In this document: piece after piece, positions 12,154 to 25,770 of the stretch | Numbering within the stretch: the stretch's first letter is position 1 | How the letters are laid out: each line of letters begins with the position of its first letter | Source of the DNA: Callorhinchus milii | Lineage: Eukaryota | Direction of reading: 5' to 3' | DNA length: 64,000 nt | Assembly: GCF_018977255.1 (NCBI RefSeq) | Contig: NW_024704742.1 | Span: forward strand, 60,700,001-60,764,000 | Notes under the pieces: generated by a model | What the model was told of the DNA's origin: nothing | Databases searched by the model: none | Seen by the model: the letters and a program-made list of their open reading frames with translations, nothing else | Position numbers and translations under genes: made by a program

Positions 12154-14439
12154 AGGACTACAGAAATCTGGCTTCTAGAGTAATATTGAATTTAAGAAAT
12201 TCTGAAAATTTGACACTATCTTACATTTTAAGATAATTGTCTTAAAGAAAAGAGAATGTGCTAGAATTTTCGACCTCTGGGGTCCAGATAAAGGAAAGGA
12301 ATTGTTTGCATTTCACAAGAATGGAGTGAAATTGATGATTATTAAACAAAATAATCCCTGTGCCCATGTACTGTGGAAATGGTTTACACATGTCGCAAAG
12401 GCAAAGGAGCTTTTCAGAAAGTGCATTTGTACATGACAAATACTAGATACAATGAAATCAATTTAAAAAAAACAGCAATTATTCAGCTCTAATGGTCCAT
12501 GTTGTTCATTTATTCACCTAATCGTAATTTTTATTTTGTACTATTTACTAAATGTTTGCAGAATTATCCCTCTGTACTTATAAAAAATTGTGTTGCAATT
12601 TCAAATCCATTTAATTTATAATTTCTTTACTTTATAAGGTATATGAGTGCTGAGGGACTAATGAGCAAAATGGAAAACTGTAGCATTTAGCCAACATCAA
12701 CAAAATTGCTACAAGAAACCCACAGAGCGGAATAACTCCCCATGATGGTAAAACAGAAAATTTGTAAAGAAAGAATTTCAGAAACAAAACAACGGCTCTT
12801 TGACCAGCTAAAGGGAATTACTGCTTTTTCATGTTTGTGACACCCATTTCAGGGTAGTTTCCCAGCTGCCTGTGAGTTTTAGCAGTCCTTCTGCATGTCA
12901 GAAAACACCTGAACATCATGTGGCCTCAGAAGGAGAGTCTGCCTTTTATTTGAGTAGGAATAATCGTTGCAATTTTAGGCCCACACTGCAGCTGCGAACT
13001 TTCAAGCAGTTAAAACAATAATCTATATGCGTAAATTCCTTTTTGCTTGTCAGAGTTATCATTCACTCCCATAAAGTAAAATACAGTTAAGCTTTGCACA
13101 ATTAAATCAAGACTCCTTTCACAAATGTTTGCATCAATCACAATAACTATCATTTCTTTTGGGAAAACAGAATGAACGCTTTTCTGGAATTCACTCAGGT
13201 TTGACGGACACACTGGCTGTGACAGTGATGTATTCGGAGGCATTGTTCCATTCAAACTCAACGGAGATACTTCAGAATAAGATATTCTCTTTAAGAGATA
13301 CGTTGAGACAGTGGAGGGTAAAGCCTCCTGGGAAAATGGGATTTAAGTGTCTAGAAAACGAAATTAGCCTCCTCCACTTGATCCTCAGTGAAACAAGTTT
13401 GAACTGAGATGTTTCAATGCTGACAGTTCCCCATGAATTGCACTTTTAACCGGGCTACTGATTTTGAGTGCAGGGGCCACGATCCTTCCTTGCCCTTTTA
13501 TTGTTGTACGGTTCCGATGTGTTGATTCTTATGTGGGAACCAGCAGTGCGTGCATCTTTAGTCCGGTCATAGCCTTCCTAATGCTTTTTGGACTTTATAA
13601 TGGGCCCATTAGAAATTCCAAGGGTTGTTACTTTTTCGTTCTTAGATTTGGCTCAAGTCCGTTTGATTAATAGCATGTGATGTTTGATCCTGATCAGTTG
13701 TTTCAACGTTCTAGTTAGGCTGCAACTATTACCTATTCAGAAAGCTGCAACAGACAATAAAGTGACTGATAAGTAAACAGCTGAGTCACTCTTCAAATCT
13801 ACTGCCATCTTAAGTATATTGCCATACAATGAAGGCACGCATCTTACAAAGTTGTAAAATGTGTACCACAAATGCAGACGTAAAGGTTTAATGCCGTAAA
13901 ACTGCAGTAATTGGTTATTCTGTAACTTCTCTGTTTTAATCTCAGGAATGTTTCTCTCTAAGGCCATGGATGGCTATAATGTATGTGAATAAACACATTA
14001 CAACCCTTTTTTCAAAGGGAACATTTGTAACTTGTAGTTTTCAAATGAGTTGTTAAATTGAGCTCCCATTGGCATGTTCACATTAGTTAAAGATCTCGTG
14101 GCAATATTCAAAGAGAAGGGAATTTCTCCTGGTGTTTTTGCATAATCTTTGCATTTGATTATGGTGCCTTTCAAGTTAGGAGTACATCTCAAAGTGCTTC
14201 ATTTTTCTGTAAAGTGTAGCAGCTGTGCATTTTATAGGTAGATGTGGCAACAAATTGCATACTGCAATGTCCCATAAACAGCCATGAATCATTTAATCTG
14301 AAGATATAAATAAACAAATAAACAAATAAACAAATAAACAAATAAACAAATGAATGAATGAATGAATGGTCACTTATTTTATGGCCAGGACACCAAAAGA
14401 AACTTTCTTTTCTTTTTGAGTAGTGCCATGAAAGCCTGC

Positions 14440-14675
14440 AGCTGAATGTCGGCAAGATGGAAGCCATACTCTTTGGCTCCCATCAACGTCTTCTCTCCTG
14501 CGGGTTTGAACTCCTCCATCTCCCCGGGCTCTCCCCCAGACTCTCCGAAACCATGCAAATCTTAGGTGTTAGGTTCGATCCCCAGCTTTCCTTTCTACCC
14601 CACACCAAGACCGCTTTTTTCGCACCTCTGTCATATTGCCCGCCTCCGTCCGTACCTCACAACCAACATAGCTGA
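14440..14675 (+). mobile_element. L2 LINE ORF2 internal fragment
   Basis: EAILFGSHQRL...LGVRFDPQLSFLPH, homologous to the L2 copy at 23660-25120. Confidence 0.75.
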
Positions 14676-14699
14676 AAGACTATTAAGATTCATTTACAT

Positions 14700-15075
14700 A
14701 TTGCTGAGAGCATTCGCCTTGTAAGCGAGAGGATCTGGGTTTGATTCCTGGATGGGGAAAAACCTTAGCCAAGTTTCCTTACTCCACACACCTCTGTTTC
14801 CCTAAGAGTAAGCAGTTACCTGATGATAGTCAATTGGCGGATCCACTGTTCCTGGGGTAATAATTCCTTAAAAAAAGTTTTAAATAATAATTTAGCCACT
14901 CAATCCACGACTATTTGTGGGACACTGCTGTGCGCAATTGGCTGCTGTGTTTCCCCCAACGAAATTTACAGTCAATTCACTTTATATGGTATTTTGTGAA
15001 GCACTTTGGGCCGTCTCAATGATGTAATAAGGCGCTGTATCAAATGCAAGGATTATTATTACTATATATTATTAT
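14700..15075 (+). mobile_element. tRNA-Ala SINE, long subfamily
   Basis: Partial head 'agagcattcgccttgtaagcgagag', central 'ctgtttccctaagagtaag', tail gcaaggattattatt. Confidence 0.85.
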
Positions 15076-16038
15076 CTTCCAGGTTGCCAAATAATATGTC
15101 ATTTCCTTAAGATCTTGATTAAATTATCTCACTGATATAGAGTGCTCTGACTGGCAGACACACAATACAAAGAACTGGCGATCTATGTATCAAAAAGGCA
15201 TCAGCAACCATAAAGTTTTCTTGAGTAAAACATCCTGGTTTACATTTCAGTTTTAGTTTAGATAAAAGAACATCTCATGATGGCATTAGCATATATTTAT
15301 CTATACAAAGCTGCAACTTTCAAAATATTTATTGCATTAAGTGAAGTTAAACAAAACAAAGTTTATGGCAATCAAATAATTGGAATAAGTGACATGCTTG
15401 CTTCATTTTAAGATGAAAATGAAATTATTAATCACCTAGACAACTGTTCTAAACAGATGCATGCTTCAACAACACTGTATTATCATTTGAAAGTGATAAT
15501 ATATGCCTGTGAATGCAGAAAATATGTTACGTCATCATGTTGCTGTCTGTAAAGTGCAATAAGCTATAGCCCCTCACAATAATGCTTTCTTACTTATGCT
15601 GCCCGTCATACAGGTCAAGGCATCTAGAAAAAGACAGGAAAAGAGCATTGCTGCTTACAGAGGAAATGTAGCGTTTTGTACGCATTCACAGCCAGCCATT
15701 TTCAAATGTTTATTCAGTGTTATTAAAGCATGCTTACATTTTAGAACAGCATATGACCAGTTCCAAAGTACTCTCAACTAAAATGCAGAATGCAAATGCA
15801 AGGCTTATTATCATCAATATCAAATGGATATCTAATTCACTTTGGATTTGCTGATGCAGTCTGACACAGAAGGTCCTGGACAAGTCTATTCCACAGATTC
15901 AACACCCTCTATATAAAATAATTGAATGTGATCTGCCCATTCACCTTTCCACTTCTGCTGGATTTGAATTTGTGCCTTATTCTTGACTTTTTGACCTTGT
16001 TAAATATAATTTAGGATTCAATTTTTCTTCATCCTTAA

Positions 16039-16280
16039 GGATTTTGTAGCTCAGTGGTTAGAGCACTCGCCTCGCAAGCGGGAGACCTGGATTTGATTCC
16101 TGGGCAGGGCGAAATGTTGGGCAAGTTTCCTTACTCCACATGCCTCTGTTTACCTAGCAGTAAGTAGGAACCCAGTTATTAGTCGATTTACAGATCACTG
16201 TTCCGGGGATAATAATTTCTTTATAATAATATAGTAATAATAATAAATTGGTCACTTCAATCCATGACTGTTTGTGGGAC
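16039..16280 (+). mobile_element. tRNA-Ala SINE, long subfamily, 3' part missing
   Basis: A/B boxes and full central domain present; breaks off after 'tttgtgggac'. Confidence 0.85.
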
Positions 16281-17518
16281 TATCTTGAGCTGTTCAATAA
16301 AATCTCCCTGAGTCTTCTCTTTGGTTTGAACACCCCCAACTTCTGTAGCTGTGATTGTAATCCAGATGACAGTGTCCAGCTATCAGCCTCATTATTCTTC
16401 ACTGCTTCCTCAATGTATTCTTAATGACCCCTCTCATATATAGTAGGCAGCTTAAAATAAGTCACAGTAATAATAATCCTCACACTTGATATAACGCATT
16501 TTCACATCTTTGAGACGTCTCAAAGCGCTTCACAGAATATACTGTAAATTGAATTAACTGTATATTTTGTGGGCAAAATATAGAGGAAATGTAGTGTTTT
16601 GTATGCATTCACCGCCAGCTATTTTCAAATGAATATGCAGTGTTCATAAGGCATGCATACAATAGAATCATAGAATTATACAGCACAGAATGAGGCCATT
16701 CGGCCCATTGTGTCTGTGTCGGCTCTTTAAAAAGAGCTGTCCAAATCAATCCCACTCCCACACTCTCTCCCCATTGCTTTGCAAACTTGCCCTCCCCAAA
16801 TAATTATCTAAGTTACATTAATAAGTTACAGTATTTGGAATCGTTGAGAATGACAAGGGATAGTTAAGGAGCAAATAATAACAATTTACATTTATATAGC
16901 ATATTTCATGTTGGGAGAACTTCTCAAAGCACTTCACATTCTTGACTGGGTGCCTGAGCTTCAGGGGGTGGGGGGTGGGTGGGGGGGGGGCTTGTTGCTG
17001 AGTAGGGAGGATAAGGTAGAGGGTCTCTGGGATGGAGTTGCAGAGGATGCTGGTGAGCAAACCAGACAAATATTTGCTCAGAGGAGAAAATAACAGAGGC
17101 TGTAGGATCACAGGAGGTTCCCTAGGAAGGCATTTTCCATCTTAATATTAATCGCCGGTCACTGTTAGCAATCACCAGGATGTCGGAAGAGGTTCCCTTC
17201 TATTTTCAAATGGTTTCACAAAAGTTTTGCCCACATAATATGCAGTCAATTCACTTTACAGCATATTCTGTGAAGCGCTTTGAGACGTAAAGCTTTTCTT
17301 GAACTCTGATGGGAAAACAGAATCAGAAGGTTAAAAAGTAGTCCGAGCACAAACTAATATAGTTAATGAGTTACATTTGCTGCTGAGTAAAGAAACCTAA
17401 AGGGATGAGTTCACATTCCTTCAGGAGAAAAGCAAAGTCAAGGATGTGTTGTATTTTCTTCCCAGTAACAACTTTTCAAAAACATTGCCACATGCCCAAA
17501 CCAATAATAATAATCCTT

Positions 17519-17600
17519 CTGACGAAAAGTCATCAGCCTGAAACATTAAGTCACTTCCCTCGCCTGACCTGCTGAGTGTTCCCATCGATTTCTGTTTTTA
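17519..17600 (+). mobile_element. Penelope-like terminal fragment with decayed hammerhead motif
   Basis: CTGACGA...GAAACATT then 'cctgacctgctgagtgttccca...tctgttt', same family as 51140-51239. Confidence 0.65.
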
Positions 17601-18414
17601 TTTAATATTATGTAAAATAATCCTTGCATTTGATATAGAGGCATGTCGGGAAGACATCTCAAGTGCTTTATTTTTATTTTGACAAATCTTCTCTGAACAC
17701 TTTGACATAAAATGGATACAACTGTATTTGAGTTGTTGCAGAATCCAAATTATCTATGGCACGTAGACAGGGTCGGCGTTCACATCGCAAGACACAGCAC
17801 CTATCATCTTAGGGCATAGTTGCTAACTTCTATGATTAATTGTCAGACGAATTGGACCCCATTCTTGTAATTGTTTGTGAAGTTCAGACACCATAAGGAC
17901 CACATAATCAGCCACAAACCGGGATCATTTCAGTATGTTTTCTTGCTGGACCTTGCTGTGAGCAACCAGAAGTGCATTGGCCAACAAAAACAGTGACTGA
18001 ATCCGACAGTAACTAAAGCTCTTTGAGATATTTTGAAGTGATAAGGTGCTATAATAATGTACCTTATCGAAAGGAAAGAGCAATCCACAAAGGAATCATT
18101 ATACAGTAGTTTTAAATGGAGGGACAACCATCAAGTACAGATAAAATGGTGAAGTGTTGCTTTTTTTGCAGTACGTTGCGGTACCTGCTAAGGCTGGAGC
18201 TGTAGTGAAACATTCAAGGAGAGCTGTAGAAAATAAGATCAGAAATGGAAAGTAATTCCCTTGCCGGGCTCCTGTGCCTTATTATGGAGGTCAAACAATT
18301 GCGGGGACAAGTATCTCAATGATTGTTTTGTTGTTGTGCCTTGTGCCCAAATTATATTTAAATCTATACTTTATCATATAAACACCTTTTTATTTTTTAT
18401 TTTTAAAAAATGTG

Positions 18415-18805
18415 CATTTTTATTGTACCTTATCACGTCAAAATGTCTCAAAGCCCTTTACAGTAATTACTGTCACTGTTTTTGTTGGCCAACGCACTTT
18501 TTGTTGCACACAGTGAGGTTCCACAAAGCAATAAAGTGAATGACCAATTTGTCTGGACGATTGTTAACCAGCACACCGGAAGAAACTCCCTTCCCTTGAC
18601 TTTTCAAATTGTGCCGTGGGATCTTTCAAGTCTATTTTCACAAAGAAGCACATCCTTAATTCAACGTCACAACCAAAAGCTGGCGCCTTCAATATTGATT
18701 CATTTCCTCCAGCATTGAACTGGAGTGTCAGCTGGACTGCAGCTCAAGCACCAAAGCAGGGCTTGAACCTACACCTGCTAACTCAGAGGCGAGAGTGCTG
18801 AGTCA
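18415..18805 (-). mobile_element. Deu-domain tRNA-SINE
   Basis: Reverse complement of the 27866-28342 type ('gtgccgtgggatcttt', 'gggcttgaacc...actcagaggcgagagtgct'). Confidence 0.7.
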
Positions 18806-18974
18806 AAGTACTTCAGAGAAGGATTCAATTATTTCTGCAAGGTTCTAATTCATCTTACTGTGCACCTTATCAAAGAGGATATTCTTCTCTTTGTTTGAAG
18901 ATAGGTTTCCACACACAGACTTAATAACTTTTGGCACTTCAGTTCTTGCTCAGCACTTGCATCACCAATTCATG

Positions 18975-19432
18975 TTTGGTCAGCCGGGTATCTCACACAT
19001 GCAGAAATCCATCACCATGCTTAAAGAGCATCCAAACCAAGCTGAGATTTCCACAAATCCCACCTACACAAGGATATCCCAGAAGTAGATTGTTCAAATG
19101 GAATGTGCGCTCTCTCCCTGGAGAGACGCATCCTGCTTACCTAATTCCAGAAAGTATTAGGTGAAGGTTGGCAAGAGCCAAGGCTTGAGGACCCAAAAGT
19201 GGGCGTTGAAGTACTACTGAAGTCTAACCAGCTAAAACCGCATAGCTTGCCATTGATATTGCTGTCCGACAAGCTTCCCCGCTGCTTCTACAGCTAGGAC
19301 CACCCTGCCCATTAGGGCTTTGGTTTGCAGGGTTAACAGGAACTGAGTGGGATGGTTCCCTGCACTCGGTGACTGGTCTGCTCTTCCAGGTCCTGCTGAT
19401 GAGCCAGGCTGGCTATGCTGTCATCAGCAGTC
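18975..19432 (-). mobile_element. Unclassified repeat family X
   Basis: Colinear with 8933-9540 from the shared fixed end 'tttggtcagccgggtatctcac'. Confidence 0.8.
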
Positions 19433-19694
19433 TCATATTCAGTTAGTGGGAGATTGTCCAACTTTATACAGGTTGATTTTAACATATTTATCAGAATGTT
19501 TCATTCTTTGCTAATAGTTACTAAGAAAGAGCATACTCAAAGAGAATATCTCTAATAAAGTAATTACAGTATGTACAATAGAGATTCTGATTCACGTCCT
19601 CATCCCAACATGAAATATGTTATATAAATATAAATTGTACTGTAAGTTGAATTATGTAAATTTTTGTTCTGGGGATTTGCTTTGCAAATCTGCC

Positions 19695-20013
19695 CAAGGC
19701 TCTCCGGCCTGCTTCACATCCCCCACCTTGCTCGCCCCACTATCGGCGGGCGGGCCTTCGGCTCCTCTGCACTCATCCTTTGGAACTCTATCCCGCAGTC
19801 CCTCTGCTTCGCCCCCTCCCTTGCCACCTTCAAGACCTGTCTCAAGACCCTGCTCTTCCACCATGCTTTCGATCTCCCTGCTTCCTCCCCTGCTGTCCAC
19901 CCTCCCCGACCCCGAAATCTAGCTCGGGTCCGTAACTGTCTGTCCAGCGCCTTGGGTCGTCCTCCCGATGTGAAAGGTGCTACACAAATGTAATTTTGTT
20001 GTTGTTGTTGTTG
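19695..20013 (+). mobile_element. L2 LINE 3' end
   Basis: SGLLHIPHLARPTIGGRAF...LWNSIP...FKTCLKTLLF, tail 'gatgtgaaaggtgctacacaaatgtaattt' plus (TTG)n. Confidence 0.9.
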
Positions 20014-20859
20014 CTTATTTTAGTGCCCAAAGCACTATTAAAACATGAATAAATAATATTATTGCAATGAAACAAAAAAAAGCTTCTTCTACTTAGATGG
20101 AGGGTATTATAATAAAGAGTTCCACATTTGTTTTGTGTGCATCTTATTTTCCTCATTACACAATGTTGTAGTTCTCAAAGGCAGCACTCATATCTTCTGT
20201 TACATTTGGGCAATTCTTCAATTTTTGTTTACATCTATGGGATGAAAAGTGTGATGGTTCATAACATTGGGATAATAATATTAAAAATAATCCTTGCATT
20301 TGATATAGCGCTTTTCACCTCAGGATGATGTCTCAAAGTGCTTCACAGGATATACTGTAAAGTGCAAGGATTGTGTATTTTGTAGGTGAACGCGGCAGCA
20401 AATATGTGCATAGCAATGTGTTACAAACAGCAGTGATGTGAATGACCAATTTTATTTGAGCGATTTGTTCATCATGACATTGGGAGAGACTTCTTTCTCT
20501 TTTTGAATAGTGCAACAGGATCTTTAACAATCATCTGAGCAGAGATTCAGAACAGTTTCATTCAACGGCATAATTCATCACTTCTCCTTGATTCCAAATG
20601 ATAGTTTCCTTTAGTTTACGTATGACATCGCCATCAATTTAACACAGATGATCTAGGCCACACTTGGACCTATGCAGTCACACTTAACAGAATTGTCTCT
20701 CCTCCTTCAAGACGTTAGACAATACTTGCAATATATCAAATTCATTTTAAGTATGATATAGCAAGTACTTTAAATTGTACATATATATATACACATTATA
20801 AAGAGCGACAAAGATGATTCCAAGATGAACAGTATAAGAAGGAAAAATTCCAAAATTGG

Positions 20860-21170
20860 ACTTGGTAAATAACACTGAGAGAGATTTTGATCAAGTTTTT
20901 ATAATGTATAGATAATGTAGATATTAATGGGTTGTTTCATTTAGGACTAAATGGCCTCAGTAGAAAATTGGCAAGCACGAAGAAAGACTCGAAGTTTGAA
21001 TTATAATGTTTTTTCCCACAGAGTAGCACATATATGCAATAAATGTTTATCAAGGTTGGGGAACACAGTGTCAATTATTCCTTTTAAAATAGAACTGGAT
21101 GAACAAGTTAGTAATGAACAGGATATGAAACATCGGGAATATATATAAATATGCATGACTAAATAGTCTA
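20860..21170 (+). mobile_element. CR1-type LINE 3' fragment, highly decayed
   Basis: FSHRVAHICN...FKIELD motif series. Confidence 0.55.
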
Positions 21171-23659
21171 AGAGCACTATTATGACTCCAGTCCTGTTGG
21201 GATCATGGGAATATCAAGCTTGGAATGCAACATATCAAAGTTGAAAAATGTTGATTTAAATATTAGATTTATGTCCTAACATAATTTACTAAATTGCCTT
21301 TGGAATTGGGGACATTTTTCATAGTTTTCCATTCTTGGAGGTTTTACTTTGGTTATTCACACCTCTTGGGATTTTTGTTTTAAAATAAGATGGAACAAAT
21401 TGTACTAGGTGTCAGCTTGACTCAATTGGTAGACTACATGGCTCTGAATCAGAAGGTTGTAGTTTATCATTAATATCAGTACTATGAGATTGTGGTTTAG
21501 ACTGAGCTTTGGGTTAATTTCTCCCTTATTCCTACCTTGTGCAGTGTTTTGATCAACTTAAAACATCCTTCTTAATATTTTTACACTTCATTTTGATCTA
21601 CAAGATGCTTAAGGTTCAAATAACTCTTGCAAAAGCATAAGGACATGGGATTATAATAGGATTGTAAAAGTCCTTACATTCAGCGACAAGAAAAAATTCA
21701 TCCAAAGGCATTTTCATTTTCAGAAAGTATTTCAGAAGATTGTTATGCCCAAGTGAAATCTGGATTGATTAAGGAGGAAGTTTCTCACCCATAATGTAAA
21801 CAATATTTCTTTTATCCACTCACTCTTTTAGATCTTCAAAGAATCAATAAATTAGTTGGGCTGAACTTGCTTATTGTAGACCCCAGTCAGCTTGGATTAA
21901 TTGTCTTTATTATTACTATTACTGCTTCCATTATGGTAATACCACAATATTTTTCTTGCTAAAGATGATAAATTGATGATCTTATGATCTTCGGGCTCAT
22001 GCTTCTAACCTTTTTGTTTTAGGACCAGAATCACATTATCTATTTTGATCATGTCAACTACTTTGCCTGATTCTCCCATTGTGGATCTGAATGGCCTTAC
22101 GAACTTTACCAGTAATACTGCACATTAGTCAAAGCATGTGGAAAAAGTACAGTCAGTCACTGTTAAAGATAAGCTACCTTTCTTAACATTTCTCACAAAG
22201 ATTGTGCTAATTGCTTCTTGGAAAAGAGGTTACAGATACTGAGACATAACGGAAGACAACTGAAAAACATATTGCAAAGCACATGCAAACCTTTGGCCGG
22301 ATACTGAAGAGTTTCCCTGCTGTCAAATGCTTATATTCCAAAAATATGGTTCGCACAGGGCTTTGATACTGTATATGCATGTGTTGTCAGTCATTATGCC
22401 AACTATATCAGTTGTATTATTATATTCAGAGTTTTACATCCTGAAAAATGATTCATATCACAATTTGTTGCGAATGAAATGCATAAGTATTACAATGGTT
22501 TGTTTTCTTTCATTAATTCTTGAGAGAAAACAATTGTAAGCTATACATTTGCAATGAATAACATTTTAAATTTGATAAACTGAATTTGACACAATATATC
22601 TTGATGGTATCCTGCGAGAAAAATAAATTGCACTGTTTGACATAGATCATACACACAAATCAAATTCATATTTTATTGAAAGAATTAGATGACATTATTG
22701 ACTATAGATGAGGTACAATGAGTCCCATGTCGGGACTTTAAGCTCACAGTCTAGGTTGACAGTCCAATTCCACCACATAAGCAAAAATGAAAATCCTTTA
22801 TAATTGGATGTTTTTCAACCCTAATGTATGTTTGTCTTCAAAGTCACTATATTTTGCAGTAAATCCTGTAAAATGCCTTCTTCTTTAACACGTCTTCTTG
22901 ACATCAAAGGCACTATATCAAATGCAAGTATTATTATTATTATTATCACTGTTATTATAACATTTCCAGTTAGACACTGACGTTACTTATAATGTTTCCT
23001 AAATAGATTCCACTAAAATCTAATTTTCCCTTTTAATCCATTTGAAGATTTGGGTCTATATTACACTGATTGTTAAAAATATTGAACTTTTTGCAATGCC
23101 TTTATTCTTTATAAAGGGAATTTAATATATAAACAAAACATTCAATAAAGATTCACAGATTATGAATTACATTCCACTTATAGCATTGACCATAACTTAT
23201 TCACAGGTTTTGAGCGGATGGTGAGATCTGGCAAGTGTCTTGCTCTCTTACTATAAGGATTACAGAGTTGTTTCGAGCTAGAACCTGTAGTTCCAGAAAT
23301 CGCTATGAATGAATTAAGAGGAAGTAATTTATTCAGTTATTCTAAGGATCGCCGAGGAATGGATACATGATGAAACTTGCTCCTAACATTCCTATCCCCA
23401 GATTTCAATATTACTTCCAACCATCACCACTGATTTTCTTTTTTCTTTCAAGCCCAATCTATCAATGGCAGTTTTTAAAATATAGAATCAAATAAAATTG
23501 GTCATTCACTTATTGGCTATTTGTGGGACATTGCTGTGCGCAAATTGATTGCCACATTCACCTGCAAACACATAGTCACTACATTTTATAATAATAATAC
23601 TTACATTTGATATAAAGCCTTATAACGTCTTCGAGACTTCTCAAAGTGCTTCACAGGAT

Positions 23660-25120
23660 AACAACAACAACAACAAGATTACATTTGTATAGCGCCTTTC
23701 ACATCTGGAGGACGTCCCAAGGCGCTGGACAGTGTACAGCATTTCAGACCTGAGCTGGGGTCAGGGGGGAGAAGGGAGGGGAGGGTAAGGGGGGTGGCCG
23801 ATGGCATGGTCGAAGAGGAGGGTCTTTAGGTGGGACTTGAAGGAGGCTAAGGAGGGGGCGAGGCGGAGTGACTGGGGGATGGAATTCCAGAGGTTGGGGG
23901 CAGAGTGGCTGAAGGCTCTCCCACCAATGGTAGGGCGGGTGGGTCGGGGGACGTGGAGCAGGCCAGAGCTGGCTGAGTGGAGGGAACGGGCGGGTTGGTA
24001 GGAGGTTAGGAGGTCACAGAGGTAGGGTGGGGCGAGGCCATGGAGGACTTTGCAGGTGAGGACCAGGATTTTGAATTGGATCCTCTGAAGGATAGGGAGC
24101 CAATGGAGTCGGGCGAGAGTGGGGGAGATGGGGTCACGGAGTTCGGTGCGGGAGAGGACACGGGCTGCAGAGTTCTGGATTATCTGCAGTCTGTGGAGGG
24201 AGGAGTTGGGAAGGCCGACAAGCAGGGCATTTGCATAGTCGAGCCTGGAGGTGATGAAGGCATGAACAAGAGTTTCAGCGGCCTGAGGGGTGAGGTAGTG
24301 GCGGAGTTGGGCGATGTTACGGAGGTGAGGGAAGGCAGAGCAGGTCATGGCTTGGATGTGGGGAAGAAAAGACAGTTGAGGGTCGAAAAAGACACCGAGG
24401 TTCCTGACTGGCTGGTGAGTTGTAGTGAGCAACCATGGAGGTTGATGCTGCCAGAGCCTGAGGTGCTGAGGCGCTGGCGCGAGCCAATCAGGAGGGTCTC
24501 AGTCTTGTTCACATTCAACTATAGGAAATTTGCCCTCATCCAGGACTTGATGTCCAACAGGCAGTCTGTCAGGACAGCAGTGGTCCTGGAGTTGAGGGTG
24601 GAGGCAGAAAGATAGAGCTGAGTGTCATCCGCATACATATGGAAGTTGACCCCATGTCTGTGGATGATGTCACCAAGTGGGAGCATATAGATATTAAAGA
24701 GGAGAGGGCCAAGGACAGAGCCCTGGGGGATGCCAGACATGACAGTGCGGGGGTTGGAGGAGAAACTATTAGAGACAACAAAGTGTAGACGGTGTGAGAG
24801 ATAGGAATTGAACCAGGCAAGGGCATGAAGGTTAAGTAAAGAGGAGAGGCGGTGTATGAGGATGGAGTGGTCGACAGTGTTGAAGGCGGCAGAGATGTCG
24901 AGGAGGACAAGGAGGCAGAGGGAGCCCTAGTCACAGATGTTCAGAATGTCATTAGTGACTTTGACCCGGGCTGTTTCCGTGCTGTGGGCAGAATGGAAGC
25001 TGGATTCGAGGGGTTGAAAGAGGGAATGGCGAGAAAGAAAGGAGCGGAGCTGGGACGCGACGACTTGTTCCAGGACCTTGAAGAGGAATGAGAGGTTAGA
25101 GATGGGGCGGTAGCTGGAGA
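23660..25120 (-). mobile_element. 5'-truncated L2-clade LINE; disrupted reverse transcriptase ORF2 and 3' tail
   Basis: GIPQGSVLGPLLF, YADDTQLY, RNLGVFFDPQLSF, FITSRLDYAN, LHWLP, GGRAFS motifs split over several frames; (TTG)n tail at 23660-23676. Confidence 0.95.
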
Positions 25121-25496
25121 TGTGATAAGACCTTCATTATCAAGGATGATTCACATTAAGAAATGCTAACAAATTTCTGTGATTTCTTAAAATGTTGCCT
25201 GTTCTCTTTGCGACAAGGAACATATTAATAAATTCCCAAATTTTGCCATAAAATTCCCTGCAATACCTGAGTATTGGAAAGAGTAAATGGAAAATAGAAA
25301 GATAGTTTGTGAACAGTCTGCAATATAGTCAAGGCTCTACCCCCATGAAGGATGCTATAAAAATGCAAGTTGCCATTGTAATAAAGCACATTTTTCAAAG
25401 AGACTGAAATAATTAATGATAAAATATTACACGTCCAAATATACCTAGTTGATGATGTATGATTTTAATGGAAAAATCCCAACTATATCTGCATTT

Positions 25497-25770
25497 GGGT
25501 TAGCTCAGTTAGCATCACTCTTGTCTCTGACACAGAAGGAGGATTCAAGCCCTGCATCAGGACTTTGCGTTCACAGTATATTGCTGAGGAGCAATATACT
25601 GAATTGTTGGAAGTGCTATCCTTCGAATGAGAAATAAAGCCGAAGGCTTGTCTGCCTGTTTAGATGCCATTATTCTGTTCGAAAAGAGAAGGGACTTTCT
25701 CCTTGTATCCTGGCCAACCATCTCCCAGATAAATTGATCATTCACTTCAGGACTGTTTATGAAAAATGGT
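25497..25770 (+). mobile_element. Deu-domain tRNA-SINE, decayed
   Basis: 'ttagctcagttagcatcactc...ggattcaagccc' head and Deu-like body. Confidence 0.65.

Noticed and set aside
19393..19430. Possible hammerhead (CTGATGA followed by a GC hairpin) in family X
   Set aside because: No GAAA or NUH follows; the CTGATGA is one arm of a simple hairpin and is not conserved in other copies
23206..23375. Possible exon after 'ttcacag|G'
   Set aside because: Stops occur in the plausible frames, with no clear partner exons or recognisable protein
23761..25091. Functional reverse transcriptase gene, and the antisense ORFs 24040-24615 and 24852-25091
   Set aside because: ORF2 is 5'-truncated and broken by stops and frameshifts; the plus-strand ORFs are shadows of the L2 sequence
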